Source of the DNA: Eledone cirrhosa | Lineage: Eukaryota | NCBI GenBank assembly: GCA_964016885.1 | Contig: OZ024741.1 | Coordinates: 226,858,001-226,922,000 of the forward strand | Direction of reading: 5' to 3' | DNA length: 64,000 nucleotides | Part shown: positions 1 to 18,432 of the stretch, in pieces | How the letters are laid out: each line of letters begins with the position of its first letter | Numbering within the stretch: the first letter of the stretch is position 1 | Program-made: the position numbers and the translations under genes | Notes under the pieces: generated by a model | Told to the model about the DNA's origin: nothing | Seen by the model: only the letters and a program-made list of their open reading frames with translations | Databases searched by the model: none

Positions 1-104
1 ACATTTCGTTTTAATCATTTTCTAACTCAGAAAAAAGAGAGAGAGAGAAACAAAAAAGGAAAAAAATATATTTTTCTTCCTAATAATCATCTCTTTCTCC
101 CTGT

Positions 105-146
<42 letters not shown>

Positions 147-544
147 TTATTTATTTATTTATTTATTTACGTAGACCACGGACCATATGCGCATAAACGC
201 ACCTGTACCGTGTCGAATTTGTGACAGTATTGTCTCTCTCTCTCACTTTCTCCTGTCTATACGAGAGGCAGCACGGTTATACCAGCTCTGGGTCGTAGCT
301 GACCACCAGGCTAAAATCTCCCAGGTTGGCCACAACTTACTTTCCCTATTTTTACACGGTTACTTCTTTCACCTGTGTCTTCCCACGTTGGGATCTGTAC
401 ACTTTTTTCTTCCATTCCTTTCCTATTTTTCCCCCTCTCCCTCTCCCCTCATCTTTTCCCCCCTGTTTTTCCTCCTTTCCCTCTCTTTCCTTTTCTCTCT
501 CCTTTTGTTCTCTCTTTTTTTATTATTAAAAGGCCTCGGGCGCA

Positions 545-618
545 CCCGAACTACACCGATGTCCTGTAATTCAGCGCCGAAACATCGGTTCGGGATACAT
601 TTACAGCTGACGATGGAA
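545..618 (+). ncRNA. Hammerhead-like ribozyme with permuted strand order (III-UH-I / GAAA-III / I-CUGACGA)
   Basis: accgatgt(555-562) pairs with acatcggt(582-589), GUC site at 561-563, ctgtaa(564-569) pairs with ttacag(601-606), GAAA at 579-582, CTGACGA at 607-613. Confidence 0.65.
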
Positions 619-664
619 ACCCCTTTCTTCCTCTCTCCTCCTGTTCCATCCTAACCACCATCCT

Positions 665-768
<104 letters not shown>

Positions 769-992
769 AATATATAGATATATAATTTCAATTGAGGAAA
801 AAGAAAATATATGCCCTAATATTTGTAATCTGTTCCTTCAACTTTTAATAGCTTTGAGTATAACTTCAACTAAACCTTATATTCTTTTAAAACTTCGACC
901 GATAAAACAAAACCGATCTGATATTCACTGATAAGTCCTTTAGACTGAAACAATTATAAATAAAACACTACGTTTATTTCTTTATTACGCAT

Positions 993-1207
993 AATGGTTT
1001 CTTATATAGGCACAAGGCCAGCAATTTTGGGGGAGGGGAAAGTCGATTAAATCGACCCCAGTGCGTGACTGGTACTTTATTTTATCGAACCCGTAAGGAT
1101 GAAAGGCAAAGTTAACTTCAGCGGGATTTGAAATCAGATCATAGAGGGCCGTAACTCGATGCTGCAAAGCATGGCGTCCAACCCTCAATCGATACTGCCA
1201 ATCCGCC
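993..1207 (-). mobile_element. tRNA-derived SINE, Nin/Deu-domain-like (family with about 12 copies in window)
   Basis: A-box-like ggattggcagtatcg head and conserved gcctttcatccttacgggttcgataaaataaagtaccag core on minus strand. Confidence 0.8.
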
Positions 1208-1370
1208 GTCCTCAATCAGTGGAAATAATAAAGCTGAAAGAACAGGGTATAAACGTGAGGCCCGAAATCGTGATGAACTGTTTACACCAACACGGTGTAT
1301 CACCCCGCTCCTCCATATATCTGCAGACGTGTATAAGGGCACGCAGAAACACACGTGTGTATATATAAAC

Positions 1371-1470
<100 letters not shown>

Positions 1471-1473
1471 ATA

Positions 1474-1588
<115 letters not shown>

Positions 1589-1769
1589 TGGATTGGCAGT
1601 ATCAGTAGAGAGTCGGACGCCATGCTTTCCAGCATAGTTACGTCCCTTTACGGTCTGTGTTCAAATCCCGCCGAGGTTAACTTTGCCTTTCATCCTTACG
1701 GGGTCGATAAAATAAAGTACCAGTAATGCACTGGGTAATTGCTGGCCTTGTGCCAAAAGTAGAAACAAT

Positions 1770-1770
<1 letters not shown>
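1589..1770 (+). mobile_element. tRNA-derived SINE, Nin/Deu-domain-like
   Basis: ggattggcagtatcagtagag, B-box gttcaaatccc, gcctttcatccttacggggtcgataaaataaagtaccag, tail gtagaaacaattat. Confidence 0.85.
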
Positions 1771-1814
<44 letters not shown>

Positions 1815-1843
1815 ATGTGTGTGTCTGTGTGCGTGTACGTGTG

Positions 1844-2120
1844 TGGAGGCACGTGGCCTAGTGGTAAGGGTGTTGGACTTACGATAATGTCGTGGGTTTG
1901 AACCCTGGGTTACGTGTTGTGTTCTTGAGCAAAACACTTCATTTCATGTTGCTCAAGTATACTCAGCTGTAAATGAGTACCAGCAATAGCTCGGGGTTTA
2001 ACCCTGCGATGGACTGGCGTTCTCTCCAGGGGGTGAGTTTTGTACTCTCAGTCGCTTCACGCCATCAAACGAGGAAAAGACCCGGCCTGATGAGCCGTCT
2101 GGTTTAAGACAGACTTTAGA

Positions 2121-2123
<3 letters not shown>
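1844..2123 (+). mobile_element. tRNA-derived CORE-type SINE
   Basis: tggcctagtggtaag A box, ggtttgaaccc B box, CORE-like tgtgttcttgagcaaaacacttc, short repeated tail. Confidence 0.75.
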
Positions 2124-2181
<58 letters not shown>

Positions 2182-2233
2182 AGTGATCCAGACCTTGCTT
2201 GAAGAGAAACGTATTTCGTTTCATTCTTTTCCA

Positions 2234-2293
<60 letters not shown>

Positions 2294-2314
2294 TGGAAAA
2301 GAATGAAACGAAAT

Positions 2315-4510
2315 ATGTTTCTCTTCAAGCAAGGTCTGGATCACTGGATCATTTTCATCGAACCAGTCTTTCTTGTCTGGTGAGTTCATCTGGTCAATTC
2401 CATCCAGACCTACAAAGCTGGCAATGGCTGATCCTCCTTCATTTGATGAGGTGGCGAAGGCAATTGCCAAATTAAACAGCGGCAAGTCACCTGGAATGGA
2501 TGGACTGAGTGCCGAGATTTTCAAATGTGCTGGTGATAACTTCTTAAACCGCCTCACTGGTCTCTTTGAGAAGGTTTGGAATGAAGATGATGTCCCACAG
2601 GATTGGAAAGATGCATTGATGGTGGTACTTTACAAAGGAAAGGGAGCCAAAGATGACTGTGGCAACTACAGAGGTATTTCACTGCTATCTGTGGCTGGGA
2701 AGATCTTGTGCAGGATATTGTTGGACAGATTGATACAGCACATTGCTGTTGAGGTACTTCCAGAGTCCCAATGTGGCTTTAGGAATGGCAGAGGCACTGT
2801 TGACATGATCTTCTCGGCCAAACAACTTCAAGAGATATGCATTGAGCAGCGCATGGACTTATACCAAGTTTTTGTCGATCTGACTAAGGCATTTGCCACC
2901 GTTAATGGGGAAGGCTTTGTGAGTTATTTTGGAGAGATTCGGCTGTCCTGAAAAGTTTGTGAACATTCTGAAACTCTTCCACGATGACATGCAGGCAGGG
3001 GTGAATGTTGGAGGTAAACTGTCAGAGCCAATCTCGGTTGAAAATGGTGTCAAGCAGGGTGATATACCTGCACCGACTTTGTTTGCCTTGTATTTCGCGA
3101 TGGTGTTCTTCATGGCCTTCAAGGATCGTCAGCACAGTATCTATCTAACATATCGCACATCCAGCAGGATGTTTAACCTTAGGCGTCTCACTGCCAACAC
3201 TAAGGTACTGAGTACCTTGATCAGAGAATTTTTATATGCAGATGATTGTGATCTCTTTGCACACTCCCAGAGTGGCATGCAACACCTTATGGATTATTTT
3301 TCCAATGCGTGCAGTGCTTTGGGACTGACAATCAGTCTGAAGAAAACTGTCGTCATGTACCAACCTGCTCCGGATATAATTTCAATGAACCCTCTATACA
3401 CGTATACGGTCAAAAGCTGAAAGCTGCTGACACATTTGTGTATTTGGGGAGTTATTATTAGCTATTTGAAAAGATGATGGATTTCGCAACTAACTGCACC
3501 AGGGTTCCTGTTCCTCAGGGAACCACACTATATGGTATACCTGTTGATATAGGTCCAGCCCCTGCTTTCCCGGGTCCTGTTTCTGATCATAATGATCTCT
3601 AGGGATACGGGAATCAGTAGACGGGACCTGGGGGCAGCGATGGGGGACAGGGAATTCTGGGTCATGAGAGTGAGATCCATCATCTCGACAGTAGTCGAAG
3701 TATGATGATGATGATTTGGGGAGTACTCTGAGTGTGACCTGCTCTCTGGATGCAGAAGTTGGTCTGCGTGTTAGTAAGGCAAGTGAGTCATTTGGAAGGC
3801 CCAACCGTCTTTGGTGCAGGCGAGGAATCACAATGAGCACCAAGGTGAGAGTGTATGCTGCATGTGTACTGTCAGCTTTGCTGTATGCATGTGAGACATG
3901 TGTTGCCTACAAACGGCATATCCACAGACTGGAACGGTTTCACCAGCAGTGTCTCAGAAAGATGTTCGGTATCAAGTGGCAGATGCATGTGAGTGATGTT
4001 GAGAGAAGTGAGTGTCGGAGCATTGAGAGTATCACCCACCAACGGTGTTTGCGATGGACCGGACACCTCTGCAGAATGGAGGATGATCGAATCCCAAAAC
4101 AACTCTTGTATGGCGAGCTTTGTGAGGGTAAGAGACCACCTCACAAGCCAAAGCTCCGATTCAAGGATTGTGTAAAGGACTCATTGAAAAAAACTAGTTT
4201 GATGATGGCTGACTGGGAGATAGAAGCTCTTGAAAGAGAAACTTGGCGTGGAATGGTGAATGATGGGGTCCATAATTTTGAGGACAGACGCATAGAGCAC
4301 GAGAAGATCAAACGCGATGTGCGTAAGCAATGTCCTGGTGTATCTCTCGAAACGATCGGTGTCTCCATTGAATGTGCACTGAGTGTGGAAAGATTTGCTT
4401 GAGCAAATCTGGTCTCAGGAGCCACAGTCGCAGCCATGTTCAAAGAGAACCAGTGAAGTATGATCTCCACGGTGTTGTGAGGGTTCACAGGCAATCTTTG
4501 CAGCCATCAT
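2315..4510 (+). mobile_element. RTE-clade LINE, 5'-truncated with 5' inversion; frameshifted RT pseudogene
   Basis: ORFs 2373-2951, 2929-3420 and 3716-4402 carry GKSPGMDG, NYRGISLL, PESQCGFR, FVDLTKAF, GVKQGD, YADD and RWTGHLCRM motifs, C-terminal C2H2 remnant, 24-bp TSD aagtggaaaagaatgaaacgaaat at 2291-2314 and 4529-4552. Confidence 0.92.
3453..3713 (+). mobile_element. Nested insertion: 3' end of another RTE-group LINE
   Basis: TSD atttggggagt at 3442-3452 and 3714-3724, (tga)n tail, residual frame MISRDTGISRRDLGAAMGDREFW. Confidence 0.75.
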
Positions 4511-4590
4511 ATACATATGTATATATATAAGTGGAAAAGAATGAAACGAAATTTCATTTCTCACTCTTAGTACGGCTGATATACATACTT

Positions 4591-4663
<73 letters not shown>

Positions 4664-4669
<6 letters not shown>

Positions 4670-5338
4670 TAACAGAATAAAGTTTAAGCAAAGAATCGCT
4701 GCTTTCACCCTTAACGGGATCTTCTGAAACTAACAAAGTCAATCTGTAAACGCAGAAGTAAATATTTCAAAAAACGTTGCAACCGGAGGAAGACAGGAAG
4801 ACGATACTTTGGTTCGTGGAAACGTTCCCTGGCAAAGAACGGGAAAAAACGAATATAATACATCATTAATAGGAGCGGTGAATTGTTCTCCACGCCCCAC
4901 ATATGACTTATTATCTTCGTTTTTTCCGTTCATTGCCAGAGAACGTCTATATGAACCACCTAAGAGAACATTAGTCTACGACTTCTTTTATACCATAAAC
5001 GTGGTTCTGTCTTTGCGCGTAATTGTTTTTCACCGCTGCTATTAATGGCGTATTATATTCGTTTTTCCCGTTCTTTGCCAGGGAACGTTACCACGAACCA
5101 AAGTATCGTCTTCCTGTCTTCCTCCGGTTGCAACGTTTTTTGAAATATTTACTTGTGCGTTTACAGATTGACTTTGTTAGTTTCAGAAGATCCCGTTAAG
5201 GGTGAAAGCAGCGATTCTTTACTTAAACTTTAATGTTATTTTAATAAATATTTGCTCTACGGTTCTTATATATTTGATATATATTTATCCTTATCGAGCC
5301 CTCTTTGGATTTTAGTCTTCAAATTTATTATTATTACT

Positions 5339-5339
<1 letters not shown>
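4664..5339. mobile_element. PLE-derived fold-back element between (TA)n tracts (family A)
   Basis: Inverted arms about 4664-4866 and 5049-5247 with about 90-nt extension on right, HHR-like motif in each arm, homologous to 44008-45890 and 6907-7010. Confidence 0.75.
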
Positions 5340-5428
<89 letters not shown>

Positions 5429-5466
5429 AAGCGAGAGAGAGAGAGATTTATGTGTGTGTATGTATG

Positions 5467-5503
<37 letters not shown>

Positions 5504-6281
5504 GTATATATATATGAGAGTGTTTGTATATATGTGGGAATGTATGTATGTGTGTGTACATACTTATGTGCGTGTGTGGGTTCCTGTGTCTGTGTGTATG
5601 TATGGATATATACATGTCCGTGTGCGTCTCCACTGGGTAATTGTTGGCCTTGTGGCAAAAGTAGAAACAATTACTACGTCCTATTATCTTCGCCCGCAAC
5701 CAACCAATTCCATTAATTCTTTTTTTTTTTTCAATTTGTTTCATTCTTTGACAAAAAATTGAACTGTCTTTGATGATATAATGAGTTAGCACCGGGGCAT
5801 CCAAGCGTGACATAACCCACATCACGCCGCCAATAGGGTAATCCCAACTTTCAGCTTCCTATTTAAACCAAAGCAAATCTTTGACTGACAAAAACACCTT
5901 CCAAAATGCAACCATACGCACACATACACACACATACACACACATACACACACATACAAATCCTTAAATACCCACGCACTCACGCAAACTCGCACATGAA
6001 TATCTGTGAATACACACCCGCATAGCTGCCCCACCAAATACACTACAATACGCACACAAACAAATAGGGCCGATGCCTATAGATATACTTTCTCAACCCA
6101 TATACCACAACAACAACAAAAATGTTTGTCACATCACCAGTCTGACGTGCAGATCGATACTGGAGCCAGTTTCATAACTCCTATGGGTTACCTTCAGTCA
6201 ACCCTTTGCGAAACACGCATAACAGGTCGATATCCAATAAATATGATTCGTATGTAAACAAAACCTCCTCGTTTTTTATAG

Positions 6282-6314
<33 letters not shown>

Positions 6315-6373
6315 CAAGGCTCTGATACCATCAACACTATAAACACAGAGCTGGCATATCTAAGAACTGACTA

Positions 6374-6429
6374 ACTGCCTGATGAGGTCATAGCCATTCA
6401 ATGGCTACCATCGAAATATATATAGCAGT
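6374..6429 (+). ncRNA. Type I minimal hammerhead ribozyme
   Basis: actgc-CTGATGA-stem II (tagccat/atggcta)-GAAA-tatata-TA-gcagt, followed by aataaa. Confidence 0.85.
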
Positions 6430-6672
6430 AAATAAAGGATTATGAGTTCATGCAATTGACTTATGTTTCGTCACTATATATATATATATATATAAATATA
6501 TAAGTAGAAGGGATATTTAATCTGTTGGAAATAAAACAATACAACAAATATAAATGTTTATAACTGATTCAGAGCACTCGACAGTTTCTGGAGTAAATAT
6601 TCAATGATATTAAATAAATGGAAACTATATTTAAATATGGTTTTATAAATATAGTTTCCATTTATTTAATAT

Positions 6673-6760
<88 letters not shown>

Positions 6761-6762
<2 letters not shown>

Positions 6763-6900
6763 ATAATTGTTTCTACTTTTGACACAAGGCCAGCAATTAC
6801 TCAGTGTATTACTGATACTTTATTTTATGGACCCCGTAAGGATGAAAGGCAAAGTTAACCTCGGCGGGATTTTAACTCAGAATGGCAAGGGCAGTAACTC
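6761..6900 (-). mobile_element. SINE fragment, Nin/Deu-domain-like
   Basis: Reverse complement of the family core and tail. Confidence 0.75.
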
Positions 6901-6940
6901 TATATATGCAACGTCTTTTTAAATATCCAGTGACTTTGTT

Positions 6941-6991
6941 AGTTTCAGAAGATCCCGTTAAGGGTGAAAGCAGCGATTCTTTGCTTAAACT
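6941..6991 (+). ncRNA. Hammerhead-like motif with CAGAAGA core (also 4681-4731 -, 5179-5229 +, 44114-44164 -, 45819-45869 +)
   Basis: agttt-CAGAAGA-t-ccc-gttaa-ggg-t-GAAA-gca...tgc-TT-aaact. Confidence 0.6.
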
Positions 6992-7002
6992 TTAATCTGT
7001 TA

Positions 7003-10119
<3,117 letters not shown>

Positions 10120-10123
10120 TAGT

Positions 10124-10189
<66 letters not shown>

Positions 10190-10206
10190 TAGTTACATAT
10201 ATATAT

Positions 10207-10237
<31 letters not shown>

Positions 10238-10245
10238 GTTATAGT

Positions 10246-12140
<1,895 letters not shown>

Positions 12141-12354
12141 CATATATATGACATGGAATATTTTTTAAAATGTGTACAAGGAAAATAATTTAGCGAAACG
12201 AAATGAAAAAGAAAGGATTTGACGTTTCGGGTAAAACCTTTTATCAAACCGAGTAAAAGACGTAAATGAATATGGATGAAGGAAGAAATATATTAGAACA
12301 CTACTAAGTTTTAGAAAATCTGATAATATGTATATATGTACACACACACGCACG

Positions 12355-12412
<58 letters not shown>

Positions 12413-12414
<2 letters not shown>

Positions 12415-14622
12415 AAGTGTTAAAACGATCAAATATTAGTTTAGAACAATTATTTGCTGACAAATGTATCTTCCAGCGGGAAGTCTGGAATCATCGGAGC
12501 ATAAGGAATGTCGAAACATGTAACTAAGATCCTAGTCATTTAGAACATTTAGGGTACATAATTGTTATTAGTGTCAAAGGCATCATGTGGAGAGTCAGGA
12601 GTTAAAAAGATGTTCTGCTTGAAAGAACACAATTACAGGCAGCACTGGTTGGAAGTGTAATAGGTATAAGTAAAAAGCACAAGCAAAAAAACACAGGCAA
12701 AAAAGTTATAAGCAAGGTAAATTGGTGTGCAATGCAGGAGTCAATACAGTCAATAAGGCATGTATGAGGAAAGAGTTATAATGCAGTTGAAATAAATATA
12801 TTTTGTGTGGGGAGTTAAAGCATGTTATAATTGTTATAAATGTTTAAGATAGTGTACAACTTGTTAGAGAGGCATGTGGTGATAATGTAGGTATTTGTAT
12901 TGTAAGATGTAATGCAAAGCACGTGATAGAGTTGAGTATGTGATTTTCATTTAAGTGTTTTTGTGTTGTAGTTTGTATGTATGTGTGTGTGTTGTTTGTT
13001 TCTCACAGCTATTAACCATGGGATTATTTCGAGTCGTTTATAGTCAATAGGTATTTGTTTGTTAAATGTAAATTCCGCCGAATTACTGGCGATGTTGTTA
13101 TTTTAGGTATAATATTTTATGCATTTTTTATATACAAATTATCTTTTCTAGGGTTTGTATTAACCGTTATTAAGCTGTCGATAAACCGTTATGTTGCTTA
13201 ATTTTATAAGTTTACACAGGAAGTTGTAAAGGGGATTAATAAAAAGGGAGGTAATTAAGGTTGTTTATAAATTAAGGGTTGTTTTAATATTGTGGTAGTG
13301 TTATAAATTAATCTTTATAGAGCATATAAAATATAAAATATTATTGGTTATATAATTGTCATCTATATGGCCTGCTATGTTGGGTGTGGGGAGTAGGATA
13401 TTTTGATTGTGTTTAAGTTAAATAGGTTGTGGTATTTATGTGTGATATATATGTGTGTGTATATGTGTATATATATATATGCATTCTCACACATATACTA
13501 ACTATGTAAAAACTATCTAGTTATAAACTAATTAAAAAAATGTTTTTAACCCCTCCACACAAGTTTAAAAGATAACAATTATATAACCAATAATATTTTA
13601 TATTTTATATACTCTATAAAGATTAATTTATAACACTACCACAATATTAAAACAACCCTTAATTTATCAACAAACCTTAATTACCTCCCTTTTTTATTAA
13701 CCCCCTTTACAACCTGTGTAAACTTATAAAATTAAGCAACATAACGGTTTACCAACAGCTTAATAATGGTTAATACAAACCCTAGAAAAGATAATTTGTA
13801 GATAAAAAATGCACAAGATAATATACCTAAAATAACAACATCGCCAGTAATTCGACGGAATTTACATTTAACAAACAAATACCTATTTACTAAAAACGAC
13901 TCAAAATAATTCCATGGTTAATAGCTGTGAGTAACAAACAACACACACACATACATACGAACTACAACACAAAAACACTTAAATGAAAATCACATACCCA
14001 ACTCTATCACGTGCTTTGCATTACACCTTACAATACAAATACCTACATTATCACCACATGCCTCTCTAACAAATTGCACACTATCTTAAACATTTATAAC
14101 AATTATAACATGATTTAACACTCCACACAAAATATATTTATTTCAACTGCATTATAACTCTTTCCTCATACATGCCTTATTGACTGTATTGACTCCTGCA
14201 TTGCACACCAATTTACCTTGCTTATAACTTTTTTGCCTGTGTTTTTTTGCTTGTGCTTTTTACTTATACCTATTACACTTCCAACCAGTGCTGCCTGTAA
14301 TTGTGTTCTTTCAAGCAGAACATCTTTTTAACTCCTGGCTCCCCACATGATGCCTTTGACACTAATAACAAGTATGTACCCTAAATGTTCTAAATGACTA
14401 GGATCTTAGTTACATGTTTCGACATTCCTTATGCTCCGATGATTCCAGACTTCCCTCTGGATGAAACAATTGTCAGCAAATAAATGTTCTAAACTAAAAT
14501 TTGATCGTTTTAACACTTTGTATCTCGGCTCTGTAAAACACTTGAAAATTTGCATTGAGCCTTTTGTCATACCGGTAACTGGCTAGTACTTAGTACTACC
14601 CTCCATATTTATAGTTATATCA

Positions 14623-14626
<4 letters not shown>
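12413..14626. mobile_element. Large PLE-derived fold-back (about 950-bp inverted arms)
   Basis: 12413-13364 is the reverse complement of 13570-14521, about 105-nt extension on right, HHR in arms, (TA)n flanks. Confidence 0.85.
14432..14478 (+). ncRNA. Type I hammerhead with CCGAUGA core (degraded inverted copy about 12455-12501)
   Basis: tgct-CCGATGA-t-tccag...ctgga-t-GAAA-caattg-TC-agca-aataaa. Confidence 0.75.
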
Positions 14627-14700
<74 letters not shown>

Positions 14701-15009
14701 CATCAGGCAGTACACAGAGAAGAAGAGTTACATACGACGAAAAGACCACTCTGCAACTGTACCCTGTCATCCACCTCTATGGGCGGTCTATCTGCAAGAT
14801 GGGATTGCACATGTAATGCCAGTTTGTACAGCCGATTGGAGAAATTTTCTGTTGCAATGAAGCACGTGAGACGCTAATAAAACAACAAGTGGACACAATT
14901 ACAACAAAATCAAGGATAAATACATATATAAATATAGTGTGTATGTGTGTGTGTGTTTGTATGTGAAATTCCCACACACACGCACATACACAAACACACA
15001 GACACACAC

Positions 15010-15083
<74 letters not shown>

Positions 15084-15090
15084 CATATGT

Positions 15091-15141
<51 letters not shown>

Positions 15142-15222
15142 ATCACCCCACTCTCAAGAGCGTGAAATTAATAAACCTTTGTTCGTACTGCCTCTCTGTT
15201 TTGTTCCCGTTCAATTTTTCAC

Positions 15223-15842
<620 letters not shown>

Positions 15843-16521
15843 CATATCTGGGAAAAGCAAACAATATGAGAAAAAAATCTATACTTAATTGCTTTAATGT
15901 CCCTACTGCAGTTTCTTTGAGAAAATAACAATACTCTGAGTATTGCGAGTAATCTCAAATCAGTCAAGAAAGAAATTTCATGACAGAAAAAAATTCTTCC
16001 TTCTTCACCATCGGTAAATATTTCAAATGGAAGAAATATCGTAGATATAATGTTTGTTTTTAACACTAGAATCTTTCAGTATGAAAATAATTTTAATCAC
16101 ATTCAACTGTTCCTCTATACCAAGAATTACATAAGAAATGTTTGTCAATGGTGAAGGCACAGTTTTTAGGGTGTTGGTTTCACGATCATACGTGGGTTTA
16201 CATTGTGTCCTCGAGCAAAGCACTTTATTGTACGTGCTTCCATTTTGCTCAGCTGAAAATGTGTAGCAGTGACAGTTAGGTGCATGTGGTGGAAACAGTA
16301 GATTAGTAAATAAATACCCCATGATTTATAGTGAGGTCCATTTACGTCAAGATGCCAAATCTTGTCTTTCATTCTTCTGTAATCGATGAAATAATCTACT
16401 AGTAATATCCTGAGTTTGATACATTCTCCTATAAGCCGATCTTTACAAACTTATGGCCATTACCACCACATGGTAAAAATCAATAAAACCTCATCTTACT
16501 CAGCTATTTTATACACTACGA

Positions 16522-16579
<58 letters not shown>

Positions 16580-16582
<3 letters not shown>

Positions 16583-17688
16583 TAAAATTAGTCCTTCATC
16601 AGTGACCTTCCAACCTTCATTGTTATTTCATCGCTTTAAAAATCATATACCTCTGGTTGGTGCGAGCAATAACTAAATAAAGTTATTCGGTCAAGTAAAA
16701 TAGCGTGAAGCGAGCGAGACATGTAAACAAACAAACATGGTATTGCAACGGAAAGATAGGAAGAGACAAGTACATGATATCTATAAGCTTAAGCTTGGTG
16801 AATTCATGGACGAGAGATACAGGCCATCCGACAGGGGGTGAGATGTGAGCGAGAAAAGGATTTCACACAGGTCAAACTGGAGGAAGTGAGAGAGGTGGAG
16901 AAGCAGAGAGTGAATGAGTGGAAGTGTTAGGAAGAGGCCAGCCGAGAGAGAGTGTGACTGGCAGAGGGGGTAAAAAGAAGGTGAGAGATACAGAGAGAGG
17001 GGAAGCAGAAAGAAAGAAACAGACAATCGCAGCTGAGGAAAAAATATCTTTCCGTTGCAATACCATCTTTGTTTGTTTACATGTCTCGCTCGCTTCACGC
17101 TATTTTACTTGTCCCAATAACTTTATTTAGTTATTGCTCGCACCAACCAGAGGTATATGAATTTTAAAGCGATGAAATACCAATGAAGGTTGGAAGATCA
17201 CTGATGAAGGACAAATTTTATTCATATGTAACCCATGTGCAACCACGCAGCACTCCATTTTCCTTATATTTATATTTTTTCCTCAGCTGCGATTGTCTGT
17301 TTCTTTCTTACTGCTTCCTCTCTCTCTGTATCTCTCACCTTCTTTTTACCCCCCTGCCAGTCACACTCTCTCTCGGCTGGCCTCTTCCTCACACTTCCAC
17401 TCACTCACTCTCTGCTTCTCCCCCTCTCTCACTTCCTCCCGTTTGACCTGTGTGAAACCCTTTTCTCGCTCACATCTCACCCATGAATTCACCAAGCTTG
17501 TCTCTTCCTATCTTTCCGTTGCAATACCATCTTTGTTTGTTTACATGTCTCGCTCGCTTCACTCTATTTTACTTGTCCCAATAACTTTATTTAGTTATTG
17601 CTCGCACCAACCAGAGGTATATGATTTTTAAAGCGATGAAATACCAATGAAGGTTGGAAGATCACTGATGAAGGACTAATGTTATTCA
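16580..17688. mobile_element. Non-coding tandem plus inverted element (family F1, 464-nt period) with permuted hammerheads
   Basis: Minus arm 16580-~17045, plus-strand tandem with 17047 repeated at 17511, (TA)n on both sides. Confidence 0.75.
17607..17676 (+). ncRNA. Permuted-order hammerhead (copies 16591-16660 -, 17143-17212 +)
   Basis: ccaacc-aga-ggtaT-A-tgatttt-taaagcgat-GAAA-tacc-aatgaa-ggttgg-aagatca-CTGATGA-aggac. Confidence 0.72.
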
Positions 17689-17710
17689 TATATATATATA
17701 TATATATATA

Positions 17711-17912
17711 ACGAAGGAAATGTGGTAAGGAACCAGGTGGACCATAACGCACCAAAGTACTCAATACTTAGGGTAGTAGAGTGGGTAATAGGAACGAGTG
17801 GGACCCCGACGGCTGAGCTCAAGCCGTTTCGACGGCTAGTTGTGGACTCAATTAGCCATCCAGAATTAGCCGTCGAAACGGCTTGAGCTCAGCCGTCGGG
17901 GTCCCACTCGTT

Positions 17913-17914
<2 letters not shown>
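17711..17914. mobile_element. Short fold-back of Naiad-like PLE 3' end (family G)
   Basis: Matches 45937-46065, about 50-bp inverted arms, (TA)n flanks, shorter copy at 18321-18435. Confidence 0.75.
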
Positions 17915-17959
<45 letters not shown>

Positions 17960-18013
17960 CTGAATAAAAAATGGCGTAGACATACAACACAACAGGAGGA
18001 AAAAATATAACAC

Positions 18014-18060
18014 CACTGACGATGTTGCAGATGTGCAACGAAAGATTTATGTAAATTATG
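18014..18060 (+). ncRNA. Hammerhead-like motif
   Basis: ca-CTGACGA-t-gttgca-gatg-tgcaac-GAAA-gatttatgtaaat-TA-tg, weak stem I. Confidence 0.5.
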
Positions 18061-18256
18061 TAAACTATATATATGTGTTTGTGTGTATATTGTATATGTA
18101 TTATTTTTGACCGTCGGTCAGTCAATGGCAACATTGAGGACCGAGTAAGTTAGATCGCAGATATAAAAGACAGCGAGAAGCGAAAACCAACCAAACAGTG
18201 AGTGTGTTCTGTTATTAATTCTGGCAATATTACACAAATATGACCCTCCCCAAGTA

Positions 18257-18321
<65 letters not shown>

Positions 18322-18432
18322 CGAAGGAAATGTGGTAAGGAACCAGGTGGACCATAACGCACCAAAGTACTCAATACTTGAGGTAGTAGAGTGGGTAATA
18401 GGAACCAGTAAGACCCCGGGGTCTTACTGGTT

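Noticed and set aside
187-654. 155-aa ORF with CxxC..H resembling an I-group LINE C-terminal knuckle
   Set aside because: Only a short motif followed by pyrimidine-rich low complexity, insufficient to assign a coding origin.
926-960. Hammerhead remnants here (CTGATAA), at 12216-12250 (-), 14698-14712 (-) and 50952-50983 (-)
   Set aside because: Core or stem I broken or truncated, so noted as probable decayed PLE ends and not called as features.
2087-2110. CTGATGA in SINE tail as a hammerhead
   Set aside because: No compatible GAAA, stem III or stem I in either canonical or permuted order.
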